Below are positions 19,236-28,873 of a stretch of 64,000 nucleotides of DNA, in pieces. Source of the stretch: Bacteroidales bacterium. Lineage in GTDB: Bacteria; Bacteroidota; Bacteroidia; Bacteroidales; DTGW01. Numbering within the stretch: the stretch's first letter is position 1; every line of letters begins with the position of its first letter. The stretch is from contig JBMFQE010000001.1 in the NCBI GenBank assembly GCA_049968755.1, forward strand, positions 75,883 to 139,882. Reading direction: 5' to 3'. The notes beneath the pieces were generated by a model, which was given only the letters and a program-made list of their open reading frames with translations, did no database searches and was not told the origin of the DNA. Position numbers and translations under genes: made by a program.

Positions 19236-19985
19236 TTAGAACGAACGGGCAATAGCAATAAAACTTTCGGCTTTTAGGGAAGCTCCTCCTATCAAACCGC
19301 CGTCCACATCTGGGTTGGAGAAGAGTTCGGCTGCATTTTTGTCGTTGCAGCTACCGCCATAGAGGATAGAAGTTTCTTTGGCTACTTCTTTTCCATACCT
19401 TTCGGAAATAGCGTTGCGGATAAAATAGTGCATTTCTTGGGCTTGTTCAGAGGTGGCAGTTTTACCGGTACCAATAGCCCACACGGGTTCGTAAGCGATG
19501 ACTATTTTTCCAAAATCTTCAGTGCTAAGGTCGAAAAGTCCTTTTTGCAGCTGCGACTTTACCACATCGAAGTGACGGTTAGCTTCTCTTTCGCTCAGCA
19601 ACTCGCCAATACAGAAAATTGGGGTTAACTGATTGGCCAGTGCCAGCTTAACTTTTTTGGCCAGAATTTCATCGGTTTCGTGAAAGTACGAACGGCGTTC
19701 GGAATGACCGATGATAACGTAATTGGCGCCGGTTGAGGCCACCATGGCAGCTGAAACTTCGCCCGTATATGCACCACTGGCTTCAGAAGCACAATTTTCA
19801 GCGCCCAACAGGGTTCGATTAATTACCTTTTTTACTTCGGTCAAATGTGTAAAGGGTACGCATACAATAAGCGTAACATCCGAAGGAACCTGTGAAGATA
19901 AACTCTCAACTTCGCTGGCCAATTTTATTCCTTCCTGAAGGGTGGTGTTCATCTTCCAGTTTCCGGCAACAATTTTTTTTCTCAT
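19236..19985 (-). CDS. tpiA: Triose-phosphate isomerase
   Basis: AGNWKMN, IGHSERR and [10 protein letters not shown] motifs. The first ATG is at 19985; the listed 19991 is a TTG. Confidence 0.95.
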   Translation of the reverse strand: MRKKIVAGNWKMNTTLQEGIKLASEVESLSSQVPSDVTLIVCVPFTHLTEVKKVINRTLLGAENCASEASGAYTGEVSAAMVASTGANYVIIGHSERRSYFHETDEILAKKVKLALANQLTPIFCIGELLSEREANRHFDVVKSQLQKGLFDLSTEDFGKIVIAYEPVWAIGTGKTATSEQAQEMHYFIRNAISERYGKEVAKETSILYGGSCNDKNAAELFSNPDVDGGLIGGASLKAESFIAIARSF

Positions 19986-20033
19986 TCTCAATGCTATTTA
20001 AGTCCAACAATTTTTATTGATCCTATAAAGGTA

Positions 20034-20041
20034 CAAAGGTA
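20034..20041 (-). promoter_or_regulatory. -7 promoter box TACCTTTG
   Basis: TAnnTTTG match 49 nt upstream of the tpiA ATG. Confidence 0.35.
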
Positions 20042-20052
20042 AGAAATGTTGA

Positions 20053-20535
20053 TTAAAGAAACTCCTGCAATATTTCCTTTACCGATTCGGGGGCTACGCG
20101 ACCAAATGTTTTGTCTCCTATCATTACTACGGGAGCCAATCCGCATGCGCCTACACAGCGTAAGCAGCTTAAGGAAAATTTACCATCGGGTGTGGTTTCT
20201 CCAATTTTTATTTTCAGTACGTTTTTAATTTCTTCCACCACCTTTTCTGCCCCTCTTACATAGCAGGCAGTTCCCATGCAAACCGATATGGGATACTGAC
20301 CTTTGGGCAGCATGGTAAAAAACGAGTAAAAGGTAACCACTCCATACACTTTTGCAACCGGAATACTGAGTTCGCTGGCTACAAGCTCCTGTACCTCAGC
20401 AGGCAAATAACCAAAGGTATGCTGAACTTTGTGCAGCACATTGATGAGTTCGCCCGGGTCATTGTTAAACTCCCTGCATATTTGCTTTATTTGTTCTACC
20501 TGATGGGGCTTTAATTCTATTTTTACCGTCGACAT
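20053..20535 (-). CDS. hydC: [FeFe]-hydrogenase HydC subunit (NuoE-like, thioredoxin-like [2Fe-2S])
   Basis: NuoE/HndA-type Cys pattern (CMGTACYVRG ... CLRCVGACGLAPV). This is the last gene of the hydrogenase operon. The first ATG is at 20535. Confidence 0.85.
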   Translation of the reverse strand: MSTVKIELKPHQVEQIKQICREFNNDPGELINVLHKVQHTFGYLPAEVQELVASELSIPVAKVYGVVTFYSFFTMLPKGQYPISVCMGTACYVRGAEKVVEEIKNVLKIKIGETTPDGKFSLSCLRCVGACGLAPVVMIGDKTFGRVAPESVKEILQEFL

Positions 20536-20578
20536 AGTTGTTTGTTTAATCGTTAACAATAATCAACTGAATATACCG

Positions 20579-22357
20579 CTATTCCTGGGTAACTATAAAA
20601 TGTTTCTTGCTGCGGTCGAAGTATATGGTGTGCAATAAATGATGGGCTTTTTCGCTCATGGGTTTACCCAGAAATTCCTGATATATTTTTTGTATATAGG
20701 GGTTTTCATGCGATTTGCGGATAGGCTTATTGCTATCCTCGAGGTAAATGGCTTTTTGACGTGCCTTGATAATGCTTGAGTCGCCGTGGTGTAATGGTTG
20801 GCCGCCGCCACCGATACATCCTCCGGGGCAGGCCATGATTTCGATGGCATGGTACTGCGATTTGCCGGCCCGTATTTCTTCGAGCAGCTTTCGAGCATTA
20901 CCCAGTCCGTGAGCGATTCCTATATTTAGCGTTAAGCCATTGAAGTCGATGGAAGCCTGTCGTATTCCATCGAGACCACGCAACTCATAAAAGTCAATTT
21001 TGGGAAGAGGTTTATTTGTGTATAGTTCGTAGGTAGTACGTACGGCGGCTTCGATAACTCCACCTGTAGTACCAAAGATAACACCAGCGCCTGATGATTC
21101 GCCCAGCGGTGCATCAAAGTCTTCATCGGGCAGCGATAAAAAGTCAATATTGCTTTGTTTTATAAGATTGGCCAACTCACGAGTGGTTATCGAAAAATCG
21201 ACATCGGGATTGCCATCTACACTAAATTCGGGGCGTGTACATTCGTACTTTTTAGCCAGGCAGGGCATGATGGAAACTACTACCAGATTTTTACGGTCGA
21301 TGCTCAGCAAGTTGGCAAAGTAGCTTTTGGCTATCGAACCAAACATTTGCTGTGGCGAACGGGCCGAAGAAGGGATGTCGATCAGGTCGGGGAACTGGTG
21401 TTCGAAAAATTTTACCCATGCCGGGCAGCACGAGGTGAGTATGGGGAGAGTTACCGATTTGTCGCCATTGAGGAAGCGAGTCAGCCGGTCAAGCAGTTCG
21501 GTACCTTCCTCCAAGATGGTAAGGTCGGCAGCCCAATCGGTATCGAATACGTAGTGAAATCCAAGTCTGCGCAGGGCAGCTACCAGCTTACCGGTAACCA
21601 GGGTACCGGGGGGTAAACCAAACTCTTCGCCCAGTGCAGCACGCACAGCAGGTGCTGTTTGTACGATAACCGTCTTGGTGGGGTCGGCCAGGGTACGGAT
21701 AAGTTGATTGGTGTGGTCGACCTCGGTGAGTGCTCCGGTGGGACACACCGCAACACACTGACCACAGTAGGTGCAGGGTGAATGGTCGAGATTCTGTTCG
21801 AATGCTGGGGCAACAACTGCCATAAAGCCTCTGTTTACCGCCGAAAGAACACCTACGGTCTGAAAATCGTTGCACATGGTCTCGCATCTGCGGCACATGA
21901 TACACTTATCCATGTCGCGAATGATCGAGGGTGAGGTATCCTCGCGGTAGGTCGATTGTTCGCCCTGGTAATGAATTTTCCGGATACCCAACTGATGGGC
22001 CATGGATTGCAGATCGCAGTTACCCGATTTGGGGCAAATAAGGCAATCGGTGGGGTGATCGCTGAGAATAAGTTCCATTACCGTTTTACGGGCATTGAGT
22101 ACTCGCAGCGAATGGGTATTGATCACCATCCCTTCGGTACATTCGGTGGCGCAGGCGGGTGCTAAATTTCGACGACCTGCTACCTCAACCACGCAAATGC
22201 GGCAACTTGCAGGTTTGTGCTCAATATGTAGATCTTCCAGATGCATGTAGCACAGGGTAGGGATGTGTATCCCAACTTTTTGGGCGGCCTTCAGAATGGT
22301 CGTCCCTTTTTCTACCTGGATGGTTTTGTTGTCGATAGTTATATTTATAGTACTCAT
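20579..22357 (-). CDS. hydA: [FeFe]-hydrogenase catalytic subunit HydA (multimeric NAD(P)-linked/bifurcating type)
   Basis: N-terminal 2Fe-2S and 4Fe-4S Cys clusters plus all three H-cluster motifs: TSCCPAW, MPCLAKKYE and EIMACPGGCIGGGGQP. Confidence 0.92.
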   Translation of the reverse strand: MSTINITIDNKTIQVEKGTTILKAAQKVGIHIPTLCYMHLEDLHIEHKPASCRICVVEVAGRRNLAPACATECTEGMVINTHSLRVLNARKTVMELILSDHPTDCLICPKSGNCDLQSMAHQLGIRKIHYQGEQSTYREDTSPSIIRDMDKCIMCRRCETMCNDFQTVGVLSAVNRGFMAVVAPAFEQNLDHSPCTYCGQCVAVCPTGALTEVDHTNQLIRTLADPTKTVIVQTAPAVRAALGEEFGLPPGTLVTGKLVAALRRLGFHYVFDTDWAADLTILEEGTELLDRLTRFLNGDKSVTLPILTSCCPAWVKFFEHQFPDLIDIPSSARSPQQMFGSIAKSYFANLLSIDRKNLVVVSIMPCLAKKYECTRPEFSVDGNPDVDFSITTRELANLIKQSNIDFLSLPDEDFDAPLGESSGAGVIFGTTGGVIEAAVRTTYELYTNKPLPKIDFYELRGLDGIRQASIDFNGLTLNIGIAHGLGNARKLLEEIRAGKSQYHAIEIMACPGGCIGGGGQPLHHGDSSIIKARQKAIYLEDSNKPIRKSHENPYIQKIYQEFLGKPMSEKAHHLLHTIYFDRSKKHFIVTQE

Positions 22358-22374
22358 AAAGTTTTACTTAAAAG

Positions 22375-24168
22375 TTATTGAACTAATACTGCATTAAATT
22401 TGCATTTTTCGACACAGGTACCACATTTTATGCAAATAAGCTGGTCGATTACGTGGGGCTTTTTCCGTTCGCCGGCAATAGCGTTTACCGGACAGGCCCG
22501 GGCGCAGGCGGTGCATCCTACGCATTGCTCAGGGTCGATGTAATAGTGTACCAGCGCCTTGCATTGTCCTGCCGGACACCGATGGTCGCGAACGTGCGCC
22601 AGATATTCATCGTAAAAGTGTTCCAGCGTCGATAGTACCGGGTTGGGCGATGAGCCTCCCAGCATGCAAAGGGATGTATCCTTGATTACCTGCCCTAAAT
22701 TTCGCAACAATGCCAGATCTTCCTCGGTAGCTTTACCCTCGGTAATTTTTGCCAGTATTTCGTCGAGCCGTTTATTGCCGATGCGACAAGGAGCACATTT
22801 GCCGCACGATTCCTCTACCGTAAAATCGAGGTAAAACTTGGCCATAGCTACCATACAATCGGTTTCGTCCATCACAATCATACCCCCCGAGCCCATCATT
22901 GAACCGGCTTCGGTAAGACTGTCGTAGTCGATAGGGGTGTCGAGATGTTTTTCGGTGAGGAAGCCACCGGAGGGACCACCAATTTGTACCGCTTTAAACT
23001 TTTTATTGTTCTTTATACCACCGCCAATATCATAAATTACGGTGCGTAATTTTGTACCCATGGGAACCTCAATGAGCCCCACATTGTTTATTTTTCCGGC
23101 CAGGGCAAATACCTTGGTACCCTTCGATTTCTCGGTACCAATGCTGGCAAACCATTCGGCACCATTGAGAATAATGGCCGGGACATTTGCAAACGTCTCA
23201 ACATTATTGACATTGGTAGGCTTGCCTTTATAGCCTTTTTCGGCGGGGAAGGGGGGTTTAAAGGTGGGTTCGCCCCGCATCCCCTCCATTGAATGAATCA
23301 AGGCAGTTTCTTCGCCACACACAAAGGCTCCGGCGCCATAGCGAAGGGTAATGTCGAAGTTAAAACCGGTACCCAAAATGTTATTGCCTAGCAGGCCGTA
23401 TTCACGCGCCTGAGTTATGGCAATCTTGAGTCGTTCGATGGCCAGCGGATATTCGGCACGAATATAGATAAGACCCTGTGAGGCTCCAATGCAGTATCCG
23501 CAGATGGCCATGGCTTCGAGCACCGAGTGGGGGTCACCTTCCAGAATAGAGCGATCCATAAAAGCCCCCGGATCGCCTTCGTCGGCATTACATACGACAT
23601 ACTTTTCGTCGCCCGGCACCTTGCTGGCTATTTCCCATTTAAGTCCGGTTGGGAAACCAGCGCCACCCCGTCCGCGTAATCCAGATCGTTTGATGATATC
23701 GATAACCTCTTGCGGTTTCATTTGCGTGAGAACCTTACCCAGTGCCTGATAGGCATTGCGGGCAATGGCTTCGTCAATATTTTCAGGATCGATAAATCCA
23801 CAGTTGCGCAAAGCTATTCGATACTGCTGCTGATAAAAATCCATCCTGCGCGATTCGGTAATTTTTTCACCCGTCGTCGGATCACTATATAGCAGGTTTT
23901 GCACGGGTCGGCCTTTGATAATGTGTTCCTCAACAATGGTTGTTGCATCGGCAGGTTTGACACTGACATAAAAAATATTGTCGGGCAAAACTTTTACGAT
24001 AGGTCCCTTTTCGCAAAATCCAAAGCAGCCGCTCATAACCACCTGTACCTCTTCACTTAGTCCGTGTTGTACCAGGGCCGATCGCAAATTGTGCGCAATC
24101 ATGTCACTTTCAGAGGTTTTGCATCCTGTTCCTCCGCAAACTAATATGTGCATTTTATAGTTAGCCAT
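22375..24168 (-). CDS. hydB: [FeFe]-hydrogenase HydB subunit (NuoF-like flavoprotein with Fe-S domains)
   Basis: GRGGAGFPTGLKW NADH/FMN motif, an N-terminal thioredoxin-like 2Fe-2S domain, the NuoF 4Fe-4S site (ESCGKCAPCR) and two C-terminal ferredoxin CxxCxxCxxxC motifs. Confidence 0.92.
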   Translation of the reverse strand: MANYKMHILVCGGTGCKTSESDMIAHNLRSALVQHGLSEEVQVVMSGCFGFCEKGPIVKVLPDNIFYVSVKPADATTIVEEHIIKGRPVQNLLYSDPTTGEKITESRRMDFYQQQYRIALRNCGFIDPENIDEAIARNAYQALGKVLTQMKPQEVIDIIKRSGLRGRGGAGFPTGLKWEIASKVPGDEKYVVCNADEGDPGAFMDRSILEGDPHSVLEAMAICGYCIGASQGLIYIRAEYPLAIERLKIAITQAREYGLLGNNILGTGFNFDITLRYGAGAFVCGEETALIHSMEGMRGEPTFKPPFPAEKGYKGKPTNVNNVETFANVPAIILNGAEWFASIGTEKSKGTKVFALAGKINNVGLIEVPMGTKLRTVIYDIGGGIKNNKKFKAVQIGGPSGGFLTEKHLDTPIDYDSLTEAGSMMGSGGMIVMDETDCMVAMAKFYLDFTVEESCGKCAPCRIGNKRLDEILAKITEGKATEEDLALLRNLGQVIKDTSLCMLGGSSPNPVLSTLEHFYDEYLAHVRDHRCPAGQCKALVHYYIDPEQCVGCTACARACPVNAIAGERKKPHVIDQLICIKCGTCVEKCKFNAVLVQ

Positions 24169-24188
24169 AACTAAATCCTCCTCCTTGC

Positions 24189-24581
24189 TTAACTCGGTTT
24201 TTTAAAGGTTTGTGGAATGATACCATCGACCAGATCACCGGCCTTCAGGTACTTTTCAATAATTTCGTCGGCCTTTGCCTTATTAACATGGCCAAAAACC
24301 ACCGGTTCTTTTCCGGGTAGCGTTACCTCAATGGTAGGTTCGGCATAGCAATAGCCCATGCATCCTGTTTGGGTTACAACGGCTGCAATGTTCCGTTTGG
24401 GAAGTTCATCGATAAAATAGTCCATTATTTCCTTGGCGCCCGAGGCAATTCCACAGGTTGCCATGGCTACCTTTACCTGAATGAGTTGCTCGGGATGTTC
24501 GCCTTTTTCGCGCAGTTCGAGCCTGGTTCGTAACTCATCCCTGAGCCTGATTAAATCGTCCAACGTTTTTACCTTTATCAT
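24189..24581 (-). CDS. Thioredoxin-like [2Fe-2S] ferredoxin (HndB-like)
   Basis: 130 aa, with the Cys pattern ATCGIASGA ... GCMGYCYAEP. Its start overlaps the upstream gene stop (ATGA). Confidence 0.75.
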   Translation of the reverse strand: MIKVKTLDDLIRLRDELRTRLELREKGEHPEQLIQVKVAMATCGIASGAKEIMDYFIDELPKRNIAAVVTQTGCMGYCYAEPTIEVTLPGKEPVVFGHVNKAKADEIIEKYLKAGDLVDGIIPQTFKKPS

Positions 24582-25144
24582 ATTCCTCCTGAGTTATGTT
24601 GTACATTACTAATGAAAAAGCATTCCATGTTTTCCGATAGGAAAGAAAACAAGTATTGACGTAATTCGCTTTGGAAAACTGGTATCCCATTGAAAATTTC
24701 CCTTATTTTTTTCGATTCAAAGGAAAAAGTGCGAAGTCCACTTCGTATGCAGACATAGAAGTTTATCTGTGGATTCACTGTTATTAGTGTACTTAACACA
24801 TCGGCAATGTTGCCTGGTGGGGGACAATCGATATGCCATAGGTTAAAAGCAAACGAAACGGTTGTTCCCCTATTGGCTTCAGAAACGATATGCAAAAATC
24901 CTCCTGTTTGCTCAACATGTTGCTTAAGCAGAGGAAGGCCCATACCTATCTTTCGGGTAGTACGGGATGTGTAAAAAGGATTTAGGACGTTGTTTAAGAT
25001 TTCTTGCGACATGCCTCGCCCGTTGTCAGCAATAGAGATGCGAAGTTGTTGATTCTTCTCCTCTATATCAATAGATATGCTTGAGGCATGAGCCTCTATA
25101 GCATTCTGAACAATATCGAGCAGGAAGAGTGCAATATTTTCCAT
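24578..25144 (-). CDS. Stand-alone GHKL/HATPase_c ATP-binding protein (no HisKA domain)
   Basis: N box DIVQNAIEAH, G1 DNGRGM and G2 GMGLPL, with no dimerisation/His domain. The first ATG is at 25144. Confidence 0.75.
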   Translation of the reverse strand: MENIALFLLDIVQNAIEAHASSISIDIEEKNQQLRISIADNGRGMSQEILNNVLNPFYTSRTTRKIGMGLPLLKQHVEQTGGFLHIVSEANRGTTVSFAFNLWHIDCPPPGNIADVLSTLITVNPQINFYVCIRSGLRTFSFESKKIREIFNGIPVFQSELRQYLFSFLSENMECFFISNVQHNSGGI

Positions 25145-25151
25145 GTTTGTT

Positions 25152-25892
25152 TTAATCAATCAAAACCATCCGTTCAAATTTCTTTCGCAGAGCCATTTTT
25201 ATTTCTTTAAAGTTTATTTTTTCAAGCAAAAAATGACTTGTATATTGACCAATACTGTGAAGGGTATGGGCATCGGAATTTTTAACAATGGTAAAGTGCG
25301 ATACATGTCCATTTTCCCTGAGAAACTGTACCAGCGACGTTTGGTTAAATATTTCAAGCGCATCGGCTTTAATATTTTCTGGAACGTACCCCAGCTGCGA
25401 TAGTAAGCTGTATTTAACACGATCGACATGGGCGGGGATGAAGATACCATCCATTGCATGAACGGTTTCTTCGATTTCTTCGTACCCTACCTTAAGTGGT
25501 ACTCCCAGATAATAATCGACCTGCTCCAGGACATTGTTTTTGGTATCGAGCACTGCCTGAATACCATGCAAGGCGGGATTGTATTTAATTTTTGGAATAT
25601 TTCGTTCGATAAAGTCCTGAAAACTTTTCAAATTTTCAGGCCCATCAAAAAAGGCCAGGCAATGAATTTCCTCCTTGCTACAGACCTCTGCACCCATGAG
25701 GGTAAATATGCCATATTCTTCGGCAATTTTTTTCACCATCAGGCATTGGAGGGTAGAGTTGTGATCGGTTATGCCGATAATTTTCAATCCTTTTGAAAAG
25801 GCTTTTTGGACGATGGCTACCGGGCTCATATCTACCTCTGCGCAGGGCGAGAGTACCGTGTGGATGTGTAGGTCGGCTTTTACGTTCAACAC
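25152..25892 (-). CDS. PHP-domain metal-dependent phosphoesterase
   Basis: DLHIHTVLSPC ... GITDHNS ... PAHVDR His/Asp pattern of the PHP fold, with a GTG start. Confidence 0.75.
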   Translation of the reverse strand: MLNVKADLHIHTVLSPCAEVDMSPVAIVQKAFSKGLKIIGITDHNSTLQCLMVKKIAEEYGIFTLMGAEVCSKEEIHCLAFFDGPENLKSFQDFIERNIPKIKYNPALHGIQAVLDTKNNVLEQVDYYLGVPLKVGYEEIEETVHAMDGIFIPAHVDRVKYSLLSQLGYVPENIKADALEIFNQTSLVQFLRENGHVSHFTIVKNSDAHTLHSIGQYTSHFLLEKINFKEIKMALRKKFERMVLID

Positions 25893-25974
25893 GATTTAAA
25901 ACTTTTTCTCTAATATACAAAAAATTAGTTGTCGTTGTATCTGCGCATCTCTGGAATTTTTAACTCTTTTTTTC

Positions 25975-26331
25975 TCATGCTTTCTGGGAGATTAGCTGAA
26001 AAATCTGTCCGGCCAGCTGAAATGTAGTCAATGAAGATACCAGAATTGGGATTTGATGAGTATTGCCGGCCTGGACAGTATCAGGGTCGGGTGTCCTACC
26101 TCCCGTAATTACGATAGCCGCCAGATTTTTAAGCGTGGCTACTGCAACAATATTTGGATGGGTATGAAGGGTCATCCATAGATGCAGTTCTTCGGCATGC
26201 CCAACCACATCGCTCAGTAGGTCCGACACATACACCCCACTAACCTTACGGTGCAGATTGTCGCATCCGCTCACGCACTTCAGCTGTAAACGGTCTGCAA
26301 GTTCTTTTACAGTTATTTCCATTTCCTTCAC
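25975..26331 (-). CDS. DRTGG-domain protein
   Basis: ~118 aa with a VITGGRTP core (DRTGG-like) and similarity to the 26765 paralogue. The GTG start overlaps the upstream stop; an alternative ATG is at 26322. Confidence 0.65.
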   Translation of the reverse strand: MKEMEITVKELADRLQLKCVSGCDNLHRKVSGVYVSDLLSDVVGHAEELHLWMTLHTHPNIVAVATLKNLAAIVITGGRTPDPDTVQAGNTHQIPILVSSLTTFQLAGQIFQLISQKA

Positions 26332-26762
26332 AGTATTTCAAAGAACGTATTTGTAAAAAATGTTAATATTATTTGTGTACCTTTATTAATGAGGCTGGAT
26401 ATCCACACGATGTCGGAATTTTTGATGATATTCGACAGGCCCAATCCAGCACCAAATCCTAGTCGTCGGATGTATTCGCTGGCTGTAGTAAAACCCTCGC
26501 GAAGCGCAAGCGGTACGTTTTCAATACCAGGTCCTTCATCATTGGCTATCACGACTACTTTGTCCGCATCGAAAAGAACGCTCACTGTACCCTTGAGTGC
26601 ATAAAGTATAATATTGGTTTCGACTTCAAAAATTGCCACTGCAATGCGTCGTGAATGTTTGGGAACCATGTTCCTCGCATTCATCACCTTTTTGATGGTA
26701 TTCGAAACGTAACCAATATTCTGGTAATCTCCTCCAGTTATTTTAAATTCAAACTTTTCCAT
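26328..26762 (-). CDS. Anti-sigma-factor-like Ser/Thr kinase (SpoIIAB/RsbW-type HATPase)
   Basis: 144 aa, with NDEGPGIEN and GFGAGLGLSNI G boxes. The size is typical of RsbW/SpoIIAB-like kinases. Confidence 0.7.
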   Translation of the reverse strand: MEKFEFKITGGDYQNIGYVSNTIKKVMNARNMVPKHSRRIAVAIFEVETNIILYALKGTVSVLFDADKVVVIANDEGPGIENVPLALREGFTTASEYIRRLGFGAGLGLSNIIKNSDIVWISSLINKGTQIILTFFTNTFFEIL

Positions 26763-26764
26763 TA

Positions 26765-27112
26765 TTAGTAAACCGGTCGAATACCTGCCTGGTACAGGAT
26801 TCCACTTGCTTTAAACATGGAACCTTTGTATTCCATAAGCACTATCTGGTTTTGCCGGGCAAGTTCGATCATTTCGGGCAGGGCTTTCTTTCCGCGAACC
26901 AGCAGGATAACTCCGACATCCATCACTACAGCAGCCCTTATGGTTTGGACGGTTGCCAGACCCGTAATGAGCAAGGTTTTGTTTTTGTCTATTTTAAGCA
27001 GATCACTCAACATGTCGGTTGCAAAGGCATATTTTACCTCTGTCGATAAAATTGCCTCATCGCCTGTAAGGATTTCGGCATCAAGGATATGTGCTATTTC
27101 TTTTATTTGCAT
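26765..27112 (-). CDS. DRTGG-domain protein
   Basis: LLITGLATVQTIRAA core. This is the first gene of the hydrogenase operon. The first ATG is at 27112; the listed 27133 is a TTG. Confidence 0.65.
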   Translation of the reverse strand: MQIKEIAHILDAEILTGDEAILSTEVKYAFATDMLSDLLKIDKNKTLLITGLATVQTIRAAVVMDVGVILLVRGKKALPEMIELARQNQIVLMEYKGSMFKASGILYQAGIRPVY

Positions 27113-27150
27113 GTTGTTTAGTGAATAATACAACTTACAAAAGGGATATG

Positions 27151-27158
27151 CAAATATA
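27151..27158 (-). promoter_or_regulatory. -7 promoter box TATATTTG in front of the hydrogenase operon
   Basis: TAnnTTTG match on the minus strand, 39 nt upstream of the ATG at 27112. An 8-bp inverted repeat GTTATTTT/AAAATAAC lies just beyond it. Confidence 0.4.
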
Positions 27159-27448
27159 CTGCCAATCTGTTATTTTTTTCACAATGTTATCAAAATAACA
27201 CAAAATTCATATTTGTTCTAAATAAAAATTAGACCTAAACACAGTCGATTCAAAACCACATTATCGTTTCTAATGCATGCTGACCGAGGGTACCTCCCAA
27301 AATAATTTTAAGCAGCCATATTTTGTAAAACATATCGATGATTATAAATTTTATCTAAAAAATATTTTATTTTTAAGCAATAAAAATCAATTCTTTTTAA
27401 TTATTTTTCAACATTCCATATAATTAATTACTGTAAATATTTATAAGA

Positions 27449-28099
27449 ATGAAAACAAGAGAAGTTTTACTTAGCTTTAAGCAACACTTTCCTTCAAATG
27501 TTTCACATTTGTGGTTTCCTATTAGGTTGGCAAAATGGTTGTTCGCCTTGCTGTTTTTATTTACCCTCAGCTACTGTGCCAGCGACCACAAGGAGACCGA
27601 TCGCTACTCTTTCTGGAAAGGAGATATTGAGAATTATTATTATATACTTGATATGAACAACCAGCCCTTACAGAAGGTAGTGGGTAAGCCCTACATGATA
27701 ATGGAATATAATCCTGTCAATGGGTATCCCATCAAGATTGAGTTTGGCCTGTACGATGCTCGCAATGAGTATCTTAATGGAGTTGAGGGGGCTATTCCCG
27801 AACCTTTCCTGTCGGCTGGCAATCTCGAATATGCTGGCAAACTTGGTATCTATGGTTCGGTTGATTTACTGTGCAACTGGGAAGGGGTGACTTCGTCGAG
27901 CAAGCTGCCTTCGGGCGATTTTGAGTTCACCATTGACAAGGGCGAAAACTATTTTGGTCACGAAATCTTTCATTTTACCTACACTCCCGATGGCATGGAG
28001 GGTGAAATTATTAATTCTACTGCAATCTGTTGTGGACGTGTATCTAATATCAAGGCCTTTAAATTACTCCGGAAATTTAATAGCTCTTCGGTATATTAA
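27449..28099 (+). CDS. Hypothetical lipoprotein
   Basis: Signal/lipobox LFLFTLSYC. I recognise no other motif. Confidence 0.55.
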   Translation: MKTREVLLSFKQHFPSNVSHLWFPIRLAKWLFALLFLFTLSYCASDHKETDRYSFWKGDIENYYYILDMNNQPLQKVVGKPYMIMEYNPVNGYPIKIEFGLYDARNEYLNGVEGAIPEPFLSAGNLEYAGKLGIYGSVDLLCNWEGVTSSSKLPSGDFEFTIDKGENYFGHEIFHFTYTPDGMEGEIINSTAICCGRVSNIKAFKLLRKFNSSSVY

Positions 28100-28149
28100 T
28101 TTTTTACTTACTATCACTCTGTTGAGATTAAGCCTAATAAATTGTTCCT

Positions 28150-28812
28150 ATGAGAAACATATTTTTTTCAGTTTTTATAAGTTCTCTAATTATACTGAGT
28201 TCCTGCGATAACAAGGACAACTCAACCGGCAGTAAGCCTGCTGCCCCCGATAACCTTCAGTATACTTTGACGTCGAATAAGCTAACCCTTACCTGGATTG
28301 ATAATTCAACCAATGAGGATGAATTTCATATTCAACGAAAAAGCGATCTTGATGGTGATTGGGTAACGATTTGGCGGACTCCTGCCAACGAAACATCATA
28401 TGAAATGAATGTATATCAGGTGTATCCCAATCCTGCTTTCAGGGTTACAGCCTGGAGTATATCGGGTGAGTCGGAACCGTCCAATACCATTTATGTGCCT
28501 ACATACCAGTCGGCCAACCTCATGATTTTCATCTGTCCTAATTTTTACGATGGATGTAGCGCAAGTTACCTCGTTGTGGATCAAAACTGTAGAACCTTGC
28601 AAAATGTAAATCCGGGAGAGTGGTACAATACTGGCTTTCTGCTGACAACAAATCATAATTATGCTATTCAGTTTTGTGGAGGCTGCATTTCAAATTGTGG
28701 AGCAGCTTCGGCCCTCTTAACCCCAAGAGCTTTCCTTACAACAACCTTTTATAGTACAATTTTTGGATTTTGTAAAAATGCCTGCAGCCCTCCCGAAAAC
28801 TCCTACAAGTAA
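28150..28812 (+). CDS. Lipoprotein with an FN3-like domain and a Cys-rich C-terminal half
   Basis: Lipobox LIILSSC, then an FN3-like segment (APDNLQYTLTSNKLTLTWIDNSTNEDEFHIQRK...W), then 8 Cys in the last 100 aa. Confidence 0.6.
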   Translation: MRNIFFSVFISSLIILSSCDNKDNSTGSKPAAPDNLQYTLTSNKLTLTWIDNSTNEDEFHIQRKSDLDGDWVTIWRTPANETSYEMNVYQVYPNPAFRVTAWSISGESEPSNTIYVPTYQSANLMIFICPNFYDGCSASYLVVDQNCRTLQNVNPGEWYNTGFLLTTNHNYAIQFCGGCISNCGAASALLTPRAFLTTTFYSTIFGFCKNACSPPENSYK

Positions 28813-28873
28813 ACAATATATTTTCATTTTTAGCTGAAATATTGTTACTTTGCATAATAATGCCGTGGCAATT

